The notes beneath the pieces were generated by a model. It was not told the DNA's origin. It made no database searches and worked only from the letters and a program-made list of their open reading frames with translations. From Lama glama (lineage: Eukaryota): a stretch of DNA of 64,000 bases. Positions 1-13,549 of the stretch are shown one piece after another. Each line of letters starts with the position of its first letter. Within the stretch, counting starts at the first letter, position 1. The stretch covers positions 7,628,001-7,692,000 of the forward strand of contig CM052818.1 of NCBI GenBank assembly GCA_028534125.1. The letters are read 5' to 3'. A program made the translations under genes and the position numbers.

Positions 1-1690
1 TATTTTGAGGAGAAAAAGACATAGTCTAATTTGATGCCTTCATTTTAGTGTTTTTGAATCACCCATCCTCGGTGTTGAAAATTTGTTTTGTATAACTGAG
101 GGTACTGTTGGTTCAAACTATGTTAGTTTACAGTTTGTTGCAAACATTGTAAAATACAGCAACATGTATATTAACTTTTTTTCTATTTATCTTTATTATG
201 GAAAATATCTTAGAATGTTCTTGATAGAGTAGCATGGTAATGATGGTCTCACACTCTTGGTGTGAATGGTAGTTTAGCAAGCATAGCTCAAGGATTTGCA
301 AGGTTAGAAAGAAGGACAGGAGAGCCTCTCTCCCCACCCCCATCTAAATATGAAATTTGGTAAATTAGAATACTTTGTAAAATTCATATTAATTACCATT
401 GTGTAAGAGGTGTTTGTTTTTAACCACGCTGAAGATGATCGGGAAAGATTTTTTCCTTAATGTTTCTCTTGAGTGTAGTACTATAACAAAAACTTAATGC
501 TAAGAAACATTTTATATGCTCCTTTGAATATGCAATTTAATCTAGATTATCTATTTTTCTCCCAGGATAACTAATCTGTTTTTAGTATCAGCAACATTTG
601 GCAAGTTTATTTTTTAGATACAAACTGTGGTTCATCTGTTCACTGTTTCTAGAAAAAAAAAAAATCATTCCCATGAGAAAAAGCATAAATTAACCAGAAA
701 GCAGAGTGACTTGATTTGCTTTTAGAAAAAGAAATGCTTAATTAATTAACTCCTCTGTATTTGTCCTTATCCCAGTGTTAAGAAATTTAGAACGATATAA
801 AGGGTTGAATGACTGCTCTTTTTCTTCTCCCAGTGTTAAGAAATTTAGAACGATATAAAGGGTTGAATGACAGTGCTCTTTTTCTTCTTCTTCTTTTCTT
901 TTTTAATCTAACAGACCAGCCTTAACTGTGGGCTTGAATCCTAGAAGGAGAGTTGCCACAGTGTGACTCAAGGAAATGTTTGGTTGGCAGATGAGCACCA
1001 GTGACAGCCAAGTAGAGGGACATACTTGCATGGTCAGTTTATTCCCTAATCCCAGAAAGTTCTTTGCTTTCAAAAGCAAGAAAATATTTCTCCCCCTAGC
1101 CTTTTTTTTTTTTTTTCTTAACACACCATAAGGAAAGTATAGACAGTTGCACTACATCAAACCCTTTGTGACACTTGTAGAAATCAGCATACTTTAGATT
1201 AGACAGTATCTTTTTTTAATCTTTTGATTTGTTTTCCTTTAGTTCGAAAAGTTGTATAATACTGAATTGACTGTAGCAAATTTTCATATGTGGTAGCATA
1301 GCTTTAATTTATCCTATTGAACTTTCTTTTGGTTTTTAAAAAACAAAACCTATTGCTTAGAAGCCATGAACTATTTTATTTTACTTCAACTTGTCAAAAT
1401 TTCCTTGTTTTAAAAAATGAGCATTTGGGTTCACTCAGGAAATGCATGTCAGGAAACTTGTATTATAAGTTGACTAGTTGTGATGTATCAGTAACTGCTG
1501 TTACCCCTTTTTCAAAGAAATATCATTGATTTTGAAGTTTTCTAGATTGTCACATGCTTTGTGACTAATGCAAGGAAATCAAGTCCTGTGTTGTATTTGT
1601 TCTAGTCATTTCTATTCAGGCTATATATTGTAGCTATTTTTATTTGCAATTAATTTATTCAAACTAAGTAAATACTTTTCAAAATAGATA
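1..1690 (+). other. PELI1: Distal 3' UTR of the upstream gene, probably pellino 1
   Basis: Repeat-free, AU-rich sequence ending at poly(A)-type signals. It resembles my recollection of the human PELI1 3' UTR, and PELI1 lies upstream of VPS54 on the same strand in human. Not verified by alignment. Confidence 0.55.
770..888. repeat. Tandem duplication, period 58 bp
   Basis: tcccagtgttaagaaatttagaacgatataaagggttgaatgac(ag)tgctctttttcttct starts at 770 and at 828; the copies differ by a 2-nt indel. Confidence 0.95.
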
Positions 1691-1720
1691 TTTGAATTTG
1701 TCTCTGTGAGTTCATTTTTG
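1667..1720 (+). terminator. Candidate polyadenylation site (variant AGTAAA plus downstream U/GU-rich element)
   Basis: AGTAAA at 1667-1672, followed by tttgaatttgtctctgtgagttcattttt. A canonical AATAAA lies at 1869-1874 as an alternative. Confidence 0.45.
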
Positions 1721-2875
1721 CATAACTGAGGATGGGAAACCAGAAGTGAAAACCTGTGGACAAATCTAGCCCACAGTCCAAAAGTATTCACTTGAAATAG
1801 ATGAGGAGTTTGCTTTTAATGTAGCTGTTAAATCTCCAGTTCTCTTGGGACAGAGTCTCTTACTTATTAATAAAGGAGCTGGTTTAGTGGTTGAATAACT
1901 GAGATCTTTTTCTAAGTTAAGTCCTGCTAGAGAGTTGGCTCTTTGCAGGTTGCATACTGGACTGTTCAGTGCCACAGTGACCGTAAATGGTTCTTCCTGA
2001 GGTGCCCGAGTTTCCTCATACCAACTGAGAAAAATCTGGCTCATCTTCTATCAGATTGAAGTTTTGAAAACTCAGGTAATTTAAATCATTAGTCAGGTGT
2101 TTTTCTGTTCAAGCATTTTAATTATTAGTTCTGTCACTTTGCCATTGCCTGATAAAACGCTTTTACTTACTCAGTTGTATTAGGGGAATGTCAGTATTCT
2201 GACCAAAGAAAAAAGTTGTATTTAGGTCTCTTGAATGTACTCTCAAAAAAGATCATCTTTATGGCTTAATTCTTTTATTAAAGTGATCATAATATCTAAA
2301 TGTTCCTAAATTTGTACAGAGAAGTAAATGTCCCTTCATCTAAAACATTAGGGTCGTGAACCAAGACAGGGTAAATATCTTGAAAGAGGAGTCTTTAACC
2401 AGGTTATCTTCTTGAATTTGGGGTTGCTTACCTTCATCAGATAATAATCTTCTAGTGCATGTAAAACAGAAAAGGAATAAATAATAATGTAAATGTATAG
2501 TTACATCTAACATGAGTACTCCCATGCCACTCTTCCTTCAGAACCATGTGTGATGGGTGACCTTCTGACACATAGACCGAGTGAGGGCACCAGTGAAAGT
2601 CCATCTGTTATTTCTTTAAATTTATAAGATGAATGTAATTCCAACATGTTGACCCCTCATCCCAAGGGATCATCTTGTTCTGCCCCACTTTAGAGACCCC
2701 TGGCTGAAGGATCTATGATCCATTCCTTTGTGTCTGTGTTCTAAGCATTAACCCTGTAGCAGTCAGATCACCAAAATACTACATAACTCAGCTGTGTTAT
2801 TCTATCTCCCATTCCACTTTCAGAATTACTCTCATGTAAGTATACTTTAAAGCCATGCCCTCAAATTTGACCCAC

Positions 2876-3830
2876 ACATTCAAACAACAGATATTTGAAT
2901 ATCCACTATGCACCAAGCCCTATTCCAAACATTGGGTGGTGTAGCAGGAAAACAAAAACAAAACAAAACAAAACAAAACAAAACAAAAAAAAACCTGCCT
3001 TTGTGGGGATTGTATTCTATGGGGGAAGATGGAAATGAATGAGAAAATTAAAAGATACAGCATGATAGTGAACAGTGCTGAAGGAAAGGAGATACAAAAG
3101 GTCTCATGTGAAGTGTGTGGGTGTGTGAAATGTTTGCAGTATTAAGTAGGGCAAGAGAAAGCCCCACTGGAAAGGTGATATTTGAGTAAAGATCTGAAGG
3201 AGCTGAAGGAAGTGGCTACTTAGGAGGCATTTGCAAGGGTTCTGACGTGGAAGTGTGCTTGGAATATTTCTGTAACTAGTTGTGTGGTGTGAAAGGGAAT
3301 CAAAGTAGGTTAGGTCAAAGGGGTAAAGCGGCAGAGAGGAAGTGGGGCGTGGGGATGGAGCTAGATCTCTGAGGGCCTCTTGAGACTTTCGGCTTTCATT
3401 CTGAGTGAGATGGGGGCCTGTGGGAGGACTTTGCGCAGGAGACTGACATGATCCGACTTACATTTTAATAGGATCCAAATAGACTCAAGTGGAGCAGGGA
3501 GACCAGTTAGGAGACAATTGCAGTCATCCTGGCAAGAAATGATGGTGACTTAGATCAAAGTGGGGGCAATGGAGCTGGTTTGAAAAGTAAGCGGCATCTG
3601 GGTATGTTTTGAAGGCAGAGCTGACAGTAGTTGCTGGCAGATCAGATATGGGGTGTGAAAGAAGGCAGAGGAGTCAAGGATGACTTGGCTTAATTAGCCT
3701 GGGTAACTAGAAGGATTGAATTGTCGTTTAGTAAAGCAGAGAAGATTACAAAAACAGTCTGGGGGGAGGGTGCACTGGTTGTGGAATCAGAAACTTAGTC
3801 TTGGACATTAGATGGAAACTCTTCTTAGAC
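2876..3830 (-). mobile_element. LINE-2 3' fragment containing an (AAAAC)n microsatellite at ~2950-2990
   Basis: Antisense L2 hallmarks: cattcaaacaacagatatttgaa..., gtgatatttgagtaaagatctgaagga, gacatgatccgacttacatttt, ggagtcaaggatgac. Confidence 0.8.
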
Positions 3831-4514
3831 AAGATACTTACCAGTAACTGTCTCTGCTCATTTTTAAACTGATGTCAAAGTTCTTAATTGTTACGATCAG
3901 CATTCTCCATATTCCCTATGCTAGCTTAGAAACAAAGTATTCCTACTGATTAATGCCAGCTTCCTCTCATTGAAATAGAGTTGGGATACGTCTCATGTTT
4001 CTCTCTCTGCTTTGGCTGCACTCTGAGGAAATGAAGTTCTGTTTTCAGCTGCGGTAACTTCCTTGAGCCACCATGTTCTGATAATAGTTTTTCTCCCTTT
4101 TCACTCAGGTACACCTTTCTCCTTAGCTCTGGCCTTCTTTTTTAAAAAGTTCTCTGTTTTATTGACGCTTAATATTTTGCTGCTTCAGATCCTTTCTGGC
4201 AATGACAGAACACAGTTGTGTTTGGTTTTTTCCAAAAAAAAAAAAAATTGAATACTTAATGGAAAATAGAATTCTTAAAACTATTTTGTAAGTCCAGATT
4301 TTAATATCCAGCTTCCCTTAAGGAAATATGCCTGTATTTGATAATATTATCAGCAGAAAATGCAGTAAAGATCAAAAGAGTTTTCCTGGTAATCATTGTA
4401 AAATATGTCCAAACATTCTGTTAGATGCTATCATAGGAATGCTGATTTGTTCAGGTTGACATTAGATTGTAAACCCAGCTCTGTATGTTAAACTACAGCA
4501 TAAAAATTCCTCAC

Positions 4515-4760
4515 AGCTAACATTTGAGTGTTTGCTGCGCAAGCACTGTTCTGAATGCACTATTTTAACTATGCTGCTGATATTTAAAACTCAGAATGGC
4601 CCTGTGGGATAGGAACTGTTGTCTCCATTTTACAGTATAAACCAGCTACGACAATGTCTAGTAATGTGCCAAGGTTTCACATGACTTGTAATTAGAGGAG
4701 TCAATTTGAACCTTGAAAGTTTTGCTCCATACCTGTGTACACAGCCACCACATTTTGCTG
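4515..4760 (-). mobile_element. MIR SINE
   Basis: aacatttgagtg...ccattttacag...ccaaggtttcaca...aatttgaacc matches the antisense MIR core. Confidence 0.7.
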
Positions 4761-5189
4761 TCCGTCCACTCCCTGCCCCCCACCTTTTTAGTGGAATTTG
4801 AAGTCTTTCTCTAATAATTTTTCAAAAATGATATCAAGTGGCTTACAGAAATTATAATGAGGAATATGAAACATCAATTATAAAAATTTTTAAAGAAAAA
4901 GAGAAGATAAAGAATTTGGTATTATAAAAAAATGAGGCAGAACCAGAAGTGGTATTTGTACATGAATTGATTTAATGAAGGCCTATAAACTTGCTAAAGG
5001 TGAGCTGCAAATCTATTTAGTGCAAAGGTCTTTTGTATGTTATTCAGTAAGAGGAACATGATCAGTTACAAGATCCATGCAGCTGCCTGGAAGGTAGTAA
5101 CAAACACTGCTACAGAAACTCATAATCATTTCTGGTCCTGCAGCCAGAGAAATTCACATCCAGGAAGCAGTGCCATGTTTTCATAGAAG

Positions 5190-6015
5190 TAGATTCATGC
5201 AGTATTTGTGGCTCGCTTATTTCATTTAGCATGGTGTTCTCAAGTTTCATCCATGTTGTCACATGTTGCAGGATTTCCTTTTTAAGGCTGAATAGTATTC
5301 CAGTGTGTAATATATATATATGTATGTATACACACATATATATATATGAACACATACACATATATACCATATTTACTTTATCCATTCATCTGTCAGACAT
5401 ATAGGTTGTGTCCACTTTTTGACTCTTGTGAATAGTGCTGCAGTGAACAAGGGAGCGCTAGTATCTCTTCAAGATCCTGATTTCAATTCTTTTGGATAAA
5501 TACCCAGAAATGGGATTGGTGGGTCATATAGTGGTTCTGTTTTCCATAGTGACTGCACCATTTTACATTCCCACCAACAGTGGGCAAGGGTTCCAGTTTC
5601 TGTACTTCCTCACCAATACTTCGTTGTCTTTTGTTTTTTTCATAATAGCCAACCTGACAGGGGTGAAGTGATATCTCATTGTGGTTTTGATTTGCATTTC
5701 CCTGATGATTAGTGACATTGAGCATTTTTCCATACACTTGTTGGGCATTTGTATGTCATCTTTAGAGAAATGACTGTTCAAGTTCTTAGCCCATTTTTTA
5801 ATCAGGTTATTGGTTTATTTTACTATTGAATTATAGGAGTTTCTTGTATATTTTGGAGGTTAATCCCTTATCATACATATACTTTGCAAATATTTTCTCC
5901 TTTTCTATAGGTTGCCTTTTCATTCTGTTGATTGTTTCTTTTGCTGTGTAGAAGCTTCTTAGTTTAGTGTGTCCCACTTGTTTATTTTTGGTTTTGTTGC
6001 CTGTGTTTTTGGTAC
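5190..6015 (-). mobile_element. LINE-1 fragment (ORF2 C-terminus and 3' UTR), degenerate
   Basis: Minus-strand frames give L1 ORF2 peptides: [68 protein letters not shown]; these are split by frameshifts. Confidence 0.95.
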
Positions 6016-8043
6016 ATTTGCTGCTTTCCTGCTTTAATGATGGAACGAACACATTGAGGGAATTCTTTCCCAAGTTGATGAAAGACTGCCATGGTGCCTG
6101 GCATGTGTAGATGCTCAAAAACTACTTCTGAGATAATTACAGAAAACTGTGAGGACTCTGAACCATTAAGCTACCAAAATAGTCTCTGAGTAGGAGCATT
6201 AACAACAACAGTCAAAAGATGAAGGTTACAGAAGCGATTTATTTAATCAGAAAATGTGTTTTTATTGGCTGAGAAGACAAAAATGGAAAAGTGGAGATAC
6301 TACAAAAAGTGACAAGGACTAGAAGGTTGGAAGGGCAACAAGGAGAAGACCCGTGGATGGTGTCTGAGGGGAACAAAAAGAGAAGAAATAGTTATAGCCA
6401 AGAAGTACGTCACCCAGAGACTGATTCACGTTTTTGAGCCTATTATTGATTAGGAAAGGCACAGAAGGACAGCCAAGATTGAAGGGAAAACTAAGATCTA
6501 CCCAACTTGGAATTTCCCAAAGTTGTACTATATCGTATCAGTATAACTATTAATTAAAATTTAGAATGTAAACTAGAAGAGATCTTGGCAATTAAGTTAC
6601 AGATGAGAAACCAAGGCCTCATTAGGTAGTAGCTACTGATTGATAAATCTGGTACTGGAACCTCAGTCCTCTGTGTCCCTGTTATCATCTCCTTGAGTCA
6701 CCAAGATTCAGTTAAATTCTTGTTTGTTGAAGCAGAGATAAGTACATTGTACTTCAATGATTTTTATTTTTAAAGTGTCAGAGTTAAAAAACATCAACTC
6801 TCGTTGTCAGGTAAACAATGGTTCCCAAAAACAGGGGATGTTTGCTTCAGAATCCTTTTCACTAAAAGGCTACATAGTTTGGAAATGAAGAGTTGTCCAG
6901 TAGTTTCACTTATAGCCCTTTGGTCTCTGCTTGAATCATTCAGCCAACAGGAGTGCTCACTCAGTGACAAAGTTCTTATTTTACTTTTCTATTTATTGTG
7001 AAGTTAGCACAGTTGTTTTGCATACCCCAGCTCTGCAAGAATGCAACACATTCAGATACTCTTCACTTTCCATAGGCTTCTTTGTCGATTGACCTTTGGA
7101 AAATAAGTTATTTGAAATGGTGATGGTAATGTCTCCTTAAAATGTTAAAATTACTATATTGTCAGGCAACTCAGAATTTTTCTCAATCCACACTGTAATT
7201 GAATAACAATAGCAACCTGAACCCCAAGTCTCAAGTGCCCATAAAGTTATCTGAATCTTGAATCATGAGGGGCAGATCTCTCAGTGGAGAGAGAGGAGCT
7301 AAACTGGGCCAGGAGTCCAGGCACAAGAGAAGGAACTTCCACAGAGTGGCTGTCAGAGGTCTCTAGCAGGTAGGGGCTCCCAAAGCAGGGATGGGCTCCG
7401 GGGGCAACTGAGGGGGCTTATGGGAGGAATTTCCCACTATGGGTTTGGCTAACATGTTAGGATCCCTAAAGTAATTATTTCCCAAGTTGAGTTTGCACAA
7501 GGATTGGGGGGTGGGAGTGGGAAGTTAGAGAACTTGTAGCCCCCACCAGAAAAACCATAGTAATTAGCCAAGTGTCCAGGTACGGAAATTACAGGAAGGA
7601 ATCATAACAGCCAGAGACAGGCATTTTTTTGGACTCCCCCCTCACCACCTCTACCTCTCTGTCAGTCGACAAGTCAATTCCTTTCTTTCCGCCCTCACAC
7701 ACCATGAACTCCTGCTCCCAGTTTTGGAATAACTATTTCTCAAGATAACTTTTTGAAAGAAACAGTGCTCACCTGAGTGTGTAAATGCTGGTGTCTGTTA
7801 GTGTACTTTCTGTATTAGTCACACTGTTGGAATGCAAATGTTAATTCTATTTGTGATTGATTTTATTCAAAGAATTGAACTGTGGCAAGAAGCCCTGAGT
7901 CAGGTATGCTATGCAAAGTTGGTATCTAGTTGCAGAGGTAACATAATATAACTGAAGTGATACTTGTGATGAAATAAAAGTCAAAAGATATTACTCTTGG
8001 GATATTGCCTTTCACAGAGAAGCACTAAAAGAATGTATACTGC

Positions 8044-8179
8044 GGGGGGAGGGGATAGCTCAAGTGGTAGAGTGTGTGCTTAGCATGCAAGAGGTCCTGG
8101 GTTCAATCCTCAGGACCTCCTCCAAGAATAAATAAATAAACCTAATTAACTACCCTTCCCTGCAAAAAAAATTTTAAAA
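8044..8179 (+). mobile_element. tRNA-Ala-derived camelid SINE (Vic-1-like)
   Basis: A-box/B-box head, aataaataaacctaatta body and A-rich tail; perfect 17-bp TSD aaaagaatgtatactgc at 8027-8043 and 8180-8196. Confidence 0.9.
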
Positions 8180-10514
8180 AAAAGAATGTATACTGCTTTG
8201 GTGTATGCTGTAGGAGTTTTAGTTTGAGCGTTAACAATCAAGAGTTTGTTCTAAAGTGCTTTTATGGTTTCATTATTGCTACTAACTTCAAATATGGCCA
8301 TATTTATTTACTAAAGTGTTTTAATTCCTCTTTAAAGTACAAAAGAACCATTGAAAGTGTTGTCTGGGTGGAATTTCACAAACACAAGGAATTCTTCAGA
8401 CGAGGCACTAGTCCAAGCTTTAATCCAGTCTGGCCTCAGATACCAGTCCTTAGGTGTTCCTTTATTAGAGTCAGTAACAATGGGCAGCTATTCATTATAA
8501 GTAAACTAGAGACTGAGTGAGGGGAGTGAGAAAATATACAAGATATACAGTCCCCCTTCAGAGAGGATCCAGTTATACTAAAGCCAGCGTTTCCTGTAAT
8601 TTTGTAATATACTTTTTGTTTAACTCCTTGACTCTGTCTGTGGTCATGAATCTCATTACCTGCTATCCTATGGGAACAAGAAAACCCAACCCTTTTACAT
8701 CAGTTAATTAATACTCGTTCTACCTCATCTTAGTTCCTTAGGACCTTGGTGCTGGTCCTGTGTGTGGAACTAGACTCGTAAGAACAGATGGTCCCAGACT
8801 AATAAATTTATGGCCTCTTCGGTTGGGAAGCTCAGTAGCTTCTTTGAAATTCAACAAAGAATCTTAAATGAATTATAGAGCTATCTTTAGTCTAAGGAAC
8901 TTTTTAACTATTCAATGGCTAATAGAAAGGATATTCTAAATTATTCATAGCTGAAAACACCTCTGAAAGGGCATAGTTTAGAGGACAGAGTTCAGGGAAG
9001 TGACCCAACATGTCAAATATTTCTAACAACAAATTCCAAGGAACTGTCTATAAGCCTGTGTTGGAATTTAATTATATGTGTTGACTTGTGACACGGTTTG
9101 AACATCTTTTTGATCTGCAAATATGCTTGGTTTTAGTGGGAATTCAAATAGAAACCTTTTCATGCATTTCTTCATTATGATGAATTACCTCTGCTTACCA
9201 TTGAAATATACTACAAATTGGGAGAGATATGAGTGAAAGAATTAATACAACATGTGCTAGTTTAAATATTTATTCTGAGAATATTGCATTAATTTAACTT
9301 TTATCATTTTCATTGCTCATTATGGCTGATACTTTGAGCCACCTATTAACCTTCTGGATTCCCAAATACCCTTGATCTGATTTGTAAGCCACTTGTAACC
9401 AGAGAACCCAGCATTCACTAGAGAAGATTTATACACAACAGGAAGCTCACATCTTGTTAAGTGAGAATATTTCCAGAAAATCTGTTTTATGACTTTGTTC
9501 CTTTAAAGTTTCTCTTTATGTGGAAAGGTGATTGAAGTCTATTTATTTGGAGAACTTGGTTCAGTTAACAAAATGGAATCATATACAGTGAACATCACCT
9601 TCCTGACTGGCAAGAGCACATTGACTTTCAAGCCCTCTTTTCATTTGCTTCCGTTTGCATGGTTCATTTCCAGCCAACACAGCATTTCTGAAATGCCAGC
9701 ATTTGCTTTGTATTTTCTGGTGCTGTAGCCAAGCAAACTAAACTTACATGGGTGCCAACAAGGTAATGCCACATTTTATTGAAATTCCAGAAGATCAGTT
9801 CTCCAAATGAAATTGGAGATAGTGGAGTTAGTTTGCTGTTTGGTTTAAAATTTGATCTCCTTCCTGGACCAATTGTTTTCTTATGGAGAAAAATTATTCT
9901 ATGACCAGGGGTTAATATATACTGGAATGAATGGATGAGAAAGTATAGGTCGTGCGATGCATCATGATCAATATGATTAGAAAAATAGCTCAGAGCAAAA
10001 TTCTATTTGCTGTCTTAGATGAGTAATGTGATTTGGACCCGTATGGCTGGATCAGAAACTTTTTATGTGATTTCATTCTGCTTCTTAAAGACCAGAGGGC
10101 CTTTGGCAGTAGAGTAGAGGCCCCTCTCTTGGAGGGAAGTCTGTGCAAGAGAATAGAATACTTGCAGGAGACAAAAATTTTAATCCTTCAGAAAATCTGA
10201 AGAGATTGTGAAAAACAAGAGGATGTCTTGCATATAGTCAGCCTTCAGTTAAATATTCATTGAATATTTGAGCAGAACTGGACCCTTCACCTGAAGCTTC
10301 ATGAAGGATGAAGTTTTTTTTTTAATCTAGCAACCTTGAGATCACAAGATAGGGGAGAGGACCTCCACTCAAGTGGAGCAGGAAAGTAATGAGGGTCTTT
10401 GCTGACAGTTGTGATATACCTTTCTCTCTCTCTTTCCTTCTTCTTTGGGAGTCCTGGGGAGACCTCAAGAAGAAAGGCTGTTGACAACTTAAATTGGAAT
10501 GCCAGAGCTGATTT

Positions 10515-10704
10515 GGGGTTGGGGGGAGGTTGGGGGGTGGTAATTAGTTATTTTACTTATTTATTTTACTTTATTTTAAAATTATTATTTATTTTACTTA
10601 GATATTTTTATTATTGACTTATTTTAGTGGAGGTACTGGGGATTGAACCCAGAATCTCGTGCATGCTAAGCATGTGCTCTACCACTGAGCTGTACCCTCT
10701 CCCT
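10515..10704 (-). mobile_element. tRNA-Ala-derived camelid SINE (Vic-1-like)
   Basis: Reverse complement of the same head with an expanded AT-rich middle; TSD tgc(c/a)agagctgattt at 10500-10514 and 10705-10719. Confidence 0.9.
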
Positions 10705-10944
10705 TGCAAGAGCTGATTTTAATTTGATATTTTTCTCTACATGAGCATCACAGTTTATAGTGCTCTGTTAAACTCAGTGATTTTTTTTTTTTAAAAAAGA
10801 CTAAAATGTCCAGAGAGAGGGATTCTTTCTTTTCAGGCATCATGAGAGTGGTTGTTCCACTGAATATCTCCTAATTGCCTGACTAGTCAGACATGTTTAT
10901 CCACCTGGAAGGGAAGCATGTATTGAATACAGAATGCTTACTTC

Positions 10945-12900
10945 TGGCTCATTTATTCAATTAAAAAATATATTGACCATCTACTAAGTGAGTGGCACTG
11001 GAGATAGAAAGATGAATAATTCAAAATAGACACGGCGCCTACCCTCACAAGATTGAAAATCTAGTAGAAGGCAGTGAGTAAGTAAGTGATTACAGTGTTA
11101 AGTGCTGTGACATTAGAAATAAAGATCCTTTAATAGCACATAGGAGGGACACTAAACCAGACTTGGGAGGTCAGAGAAGCCTTACCTGAAGGGAGAGGGA
11201 GGCAGCCGAGGATGGGGGAGGGTGGCAGGTATAGACAGTGGGACAAGTATTCCCAGAAGAGACGCTAGCTTGTGCAGAGGCTCAGCACCGATGGAGAGCA
11301 GTGCATATTTGAGGAGCTGAAATGGAATGTGACTGAGTGGAGAGTGAAAGGAGGGGAGGAAAAGATACAGGCGGGAGATACATAAGATGGGGCTTTTGTA
11401 AGAAAAGCAAAATGATGAGCTTTATTCTAATAGCCTCATGGGAATGACGAGGTCAGATCTGCACTTTGGAAAGCTCACTCTGATTATACAGCGGAGAATG
11501 GATATGTAAGCCTGGATGCAGAGAGACAAAAGGTTGCAGAAGAGCCCAAGTGAGAGACAATGGAGAACTGCATAAAGGAAGTGGCCCTGGGAATGGAGAG
11601 AGGTGGATGGATTGCAAACATATTTAACATACTTAAGACTAAACTTGGCAGGACTTTCTGATTGACCACATGATACAGGAGCCATGGCTTTGGCTTGAGT
11701 AACGAGATAGTAGCTGGGTAGCTGATTCCCTGTATTGGAGTAACAGAAGAGCAGGTTTATAGGGAAGGAGACTGGGAGGGATGTAGTTTGAGATCACTGC
11801 AAGAGATCAATGAGTTGGTTCTGTTGGCAGTTGAATGTATAAGTCTGAAACCCCGAAATAAGATTCACCTTGGAGATATGGATTAGGAGACTATAAGCCT
11901 GAGGTCCTACAAGTGAGTGAGATCATCCCAGGAAGCTGTGACCCAGGCAGATAGACCATTAACATTAAGGGGTGGAGTGGAAGAAGAGAAACCCCTGACA
12001 AAGACTGAGAAAGAGATGCCAGAGGAAAAAGGAAAACCAGAAGAGACCGATGGCATGCAAGAAGGAGAGGAGAATGTATTAAGGAAGGGTGGACTACAGT
12101 GTCACATTACTGAGGAGCAAAGCAAGTTGAGGGCTGAGAAATATTCATTGGATTTAGCCCCAAGGAAGGTGTCTGTGACCTTGACAACAGCATTTTTATG
12201 GAGTGGGAGAAGCAGAGACCATGCTCCAAAGGTTTGAGGAGATTCTGAGTGATGAAGAAGTAGAGACAGGAAAAAGTTGTTTGGTTATGGAGGGGAGGAG
12301 AGGGAGAGGAGAAAGGAAAAGAGATGGAGAGGGAAGGGAGTAAAGATGCCAGAGAGGAGAGGAGCAGGGGAGGGGAGAGGAAGGGTAGGGAAAAGAAGAG
12401 AAGAAAAGAAAACTGGACAGGGATGCACGGTTGAAGGAAAGATTTTGGTGTGTTTGCTTTGCAGATAATATTTACTTAAAGATGTTTGAAAGCTAAAATT
12501 AAAGAAGGAGCCAGTGGAGGAAGGGAGGAAGATAATGGATAGAGCAGTAGATGGAGGAGCCTGGATCCACTACACATGGGAAGGAATTAGCCCTAGACAA
12601 GCTAATTTCATTGTAACTGGAGGAAAGGAAAAAACAATAGTGTGGATATAAGTAATCTTGGAGGTGGGCGATTGAGGGGAAAAGTTCTTATCTACTGGTT
12701 TCTTGTATCTTCCCTCTGGAATAAGCAGAGGTCAACAGCTGAGAGGAAAACAAGAGAAGGAAGGGTGAAAGTTTGAGGAACAAGAAAGAGGTTTGAAGTG
12801 GCTACTGGAGAGAATTGGAAACAGTACTGGGCAGCTCTAAGGACCCAGGTGAGGGTGAAGGGGATATTAGATATTGGCACTGGTCTGCTTAGTCATGCAA
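10945..12900 (-). mobile_element. Long LINE-2 relic with a purine-rich tract at ~12290-12410
   Basis: Begins catttattcaat...ggcactggagatagaaagatgaataa and continues in purine-rich antisense L2 sequence (cattggatttagc...gtgaccttgaca). Confidence 0.7.
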
Positions 12901-12961
12901 TTTGACCACTAGCATTTAGAACCCCCGGTGTTGGTGTGGGGAGACTGAGATTGATCCAGTA

Positions 12962-13424
12962 TTGTTACATAGTTATGTTTGGTTGCAAGTGACAGAAAAA
13001 CCCAAATAGCAGTTGCTTAAACATGAAAGAAGTTGATTGCTCTCATACATAAAAATCTAGGTAGACTAATAAGGCTAGAATAGAGCACCACTATGTCAGG
13101 AATCAAAATTCTTTTCTAGCTCTCTACTTGGCCATCCTCAGGATTTGGCTCCCATGTCATCCAATGGTTTGGACCATCCAATATGGCTTCTCCAGCTCCA
13201 TCCATTTTGTTTGCATTCAAATCAGCAGGGAGAAGGAAGGGCCAGGGGAAGGGCATATGCCACTTCTGCCCAAATCCATTGACCATAGCTTAGTCCCAAG
13301 GCACATCTAGATGCAAGGGAGGTTGAAAATTTTAGTCTTTATAATGGATGGTTATGTGACCAGTTACATTTTAAATTAAAAGTTTGAGCCCAGACCTTGG
13401 GAGATACTAAGAGTCACTGCCACA
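12962..13424 (-). mobile_element. MaLR LTR (old MLT1 type)
   Basis: Starts tgttacatagttatgtttggttgcaagtgacagaaaaaccc and ends ctgccaca, typical of antisense MLT1 termini. Confidence 0.65.
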
Positions 13425-13549
13425 ATAGGGTTTGTCTGGGTAGGTACAAGAGAATGGGGCTAGAAAGTAAATGATATTGTTAAGAGGGATTAAAATGAAG
13501 ACACAAAGGAGCCAATAAAGATTAGGAAGGAGCTGAGTGATTTAGTCAT

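Noticed and set aside
770..888. CRISPR-like direct repeats
   Set aside because: Only two abutting copies with no spacers, in eukaryotic DNA. No prokaryotic-type system is seen anywhere in the window.
5110..6118. ORFs with protein-like sequence
   Set aside because: They are frameshifted fragments of L1 ORF2.
11917..12468. Glu/Lys/Arg-rich ORFs
   Set aside because: By-products of purine-rich antisense L2 and low-complexity sequence.
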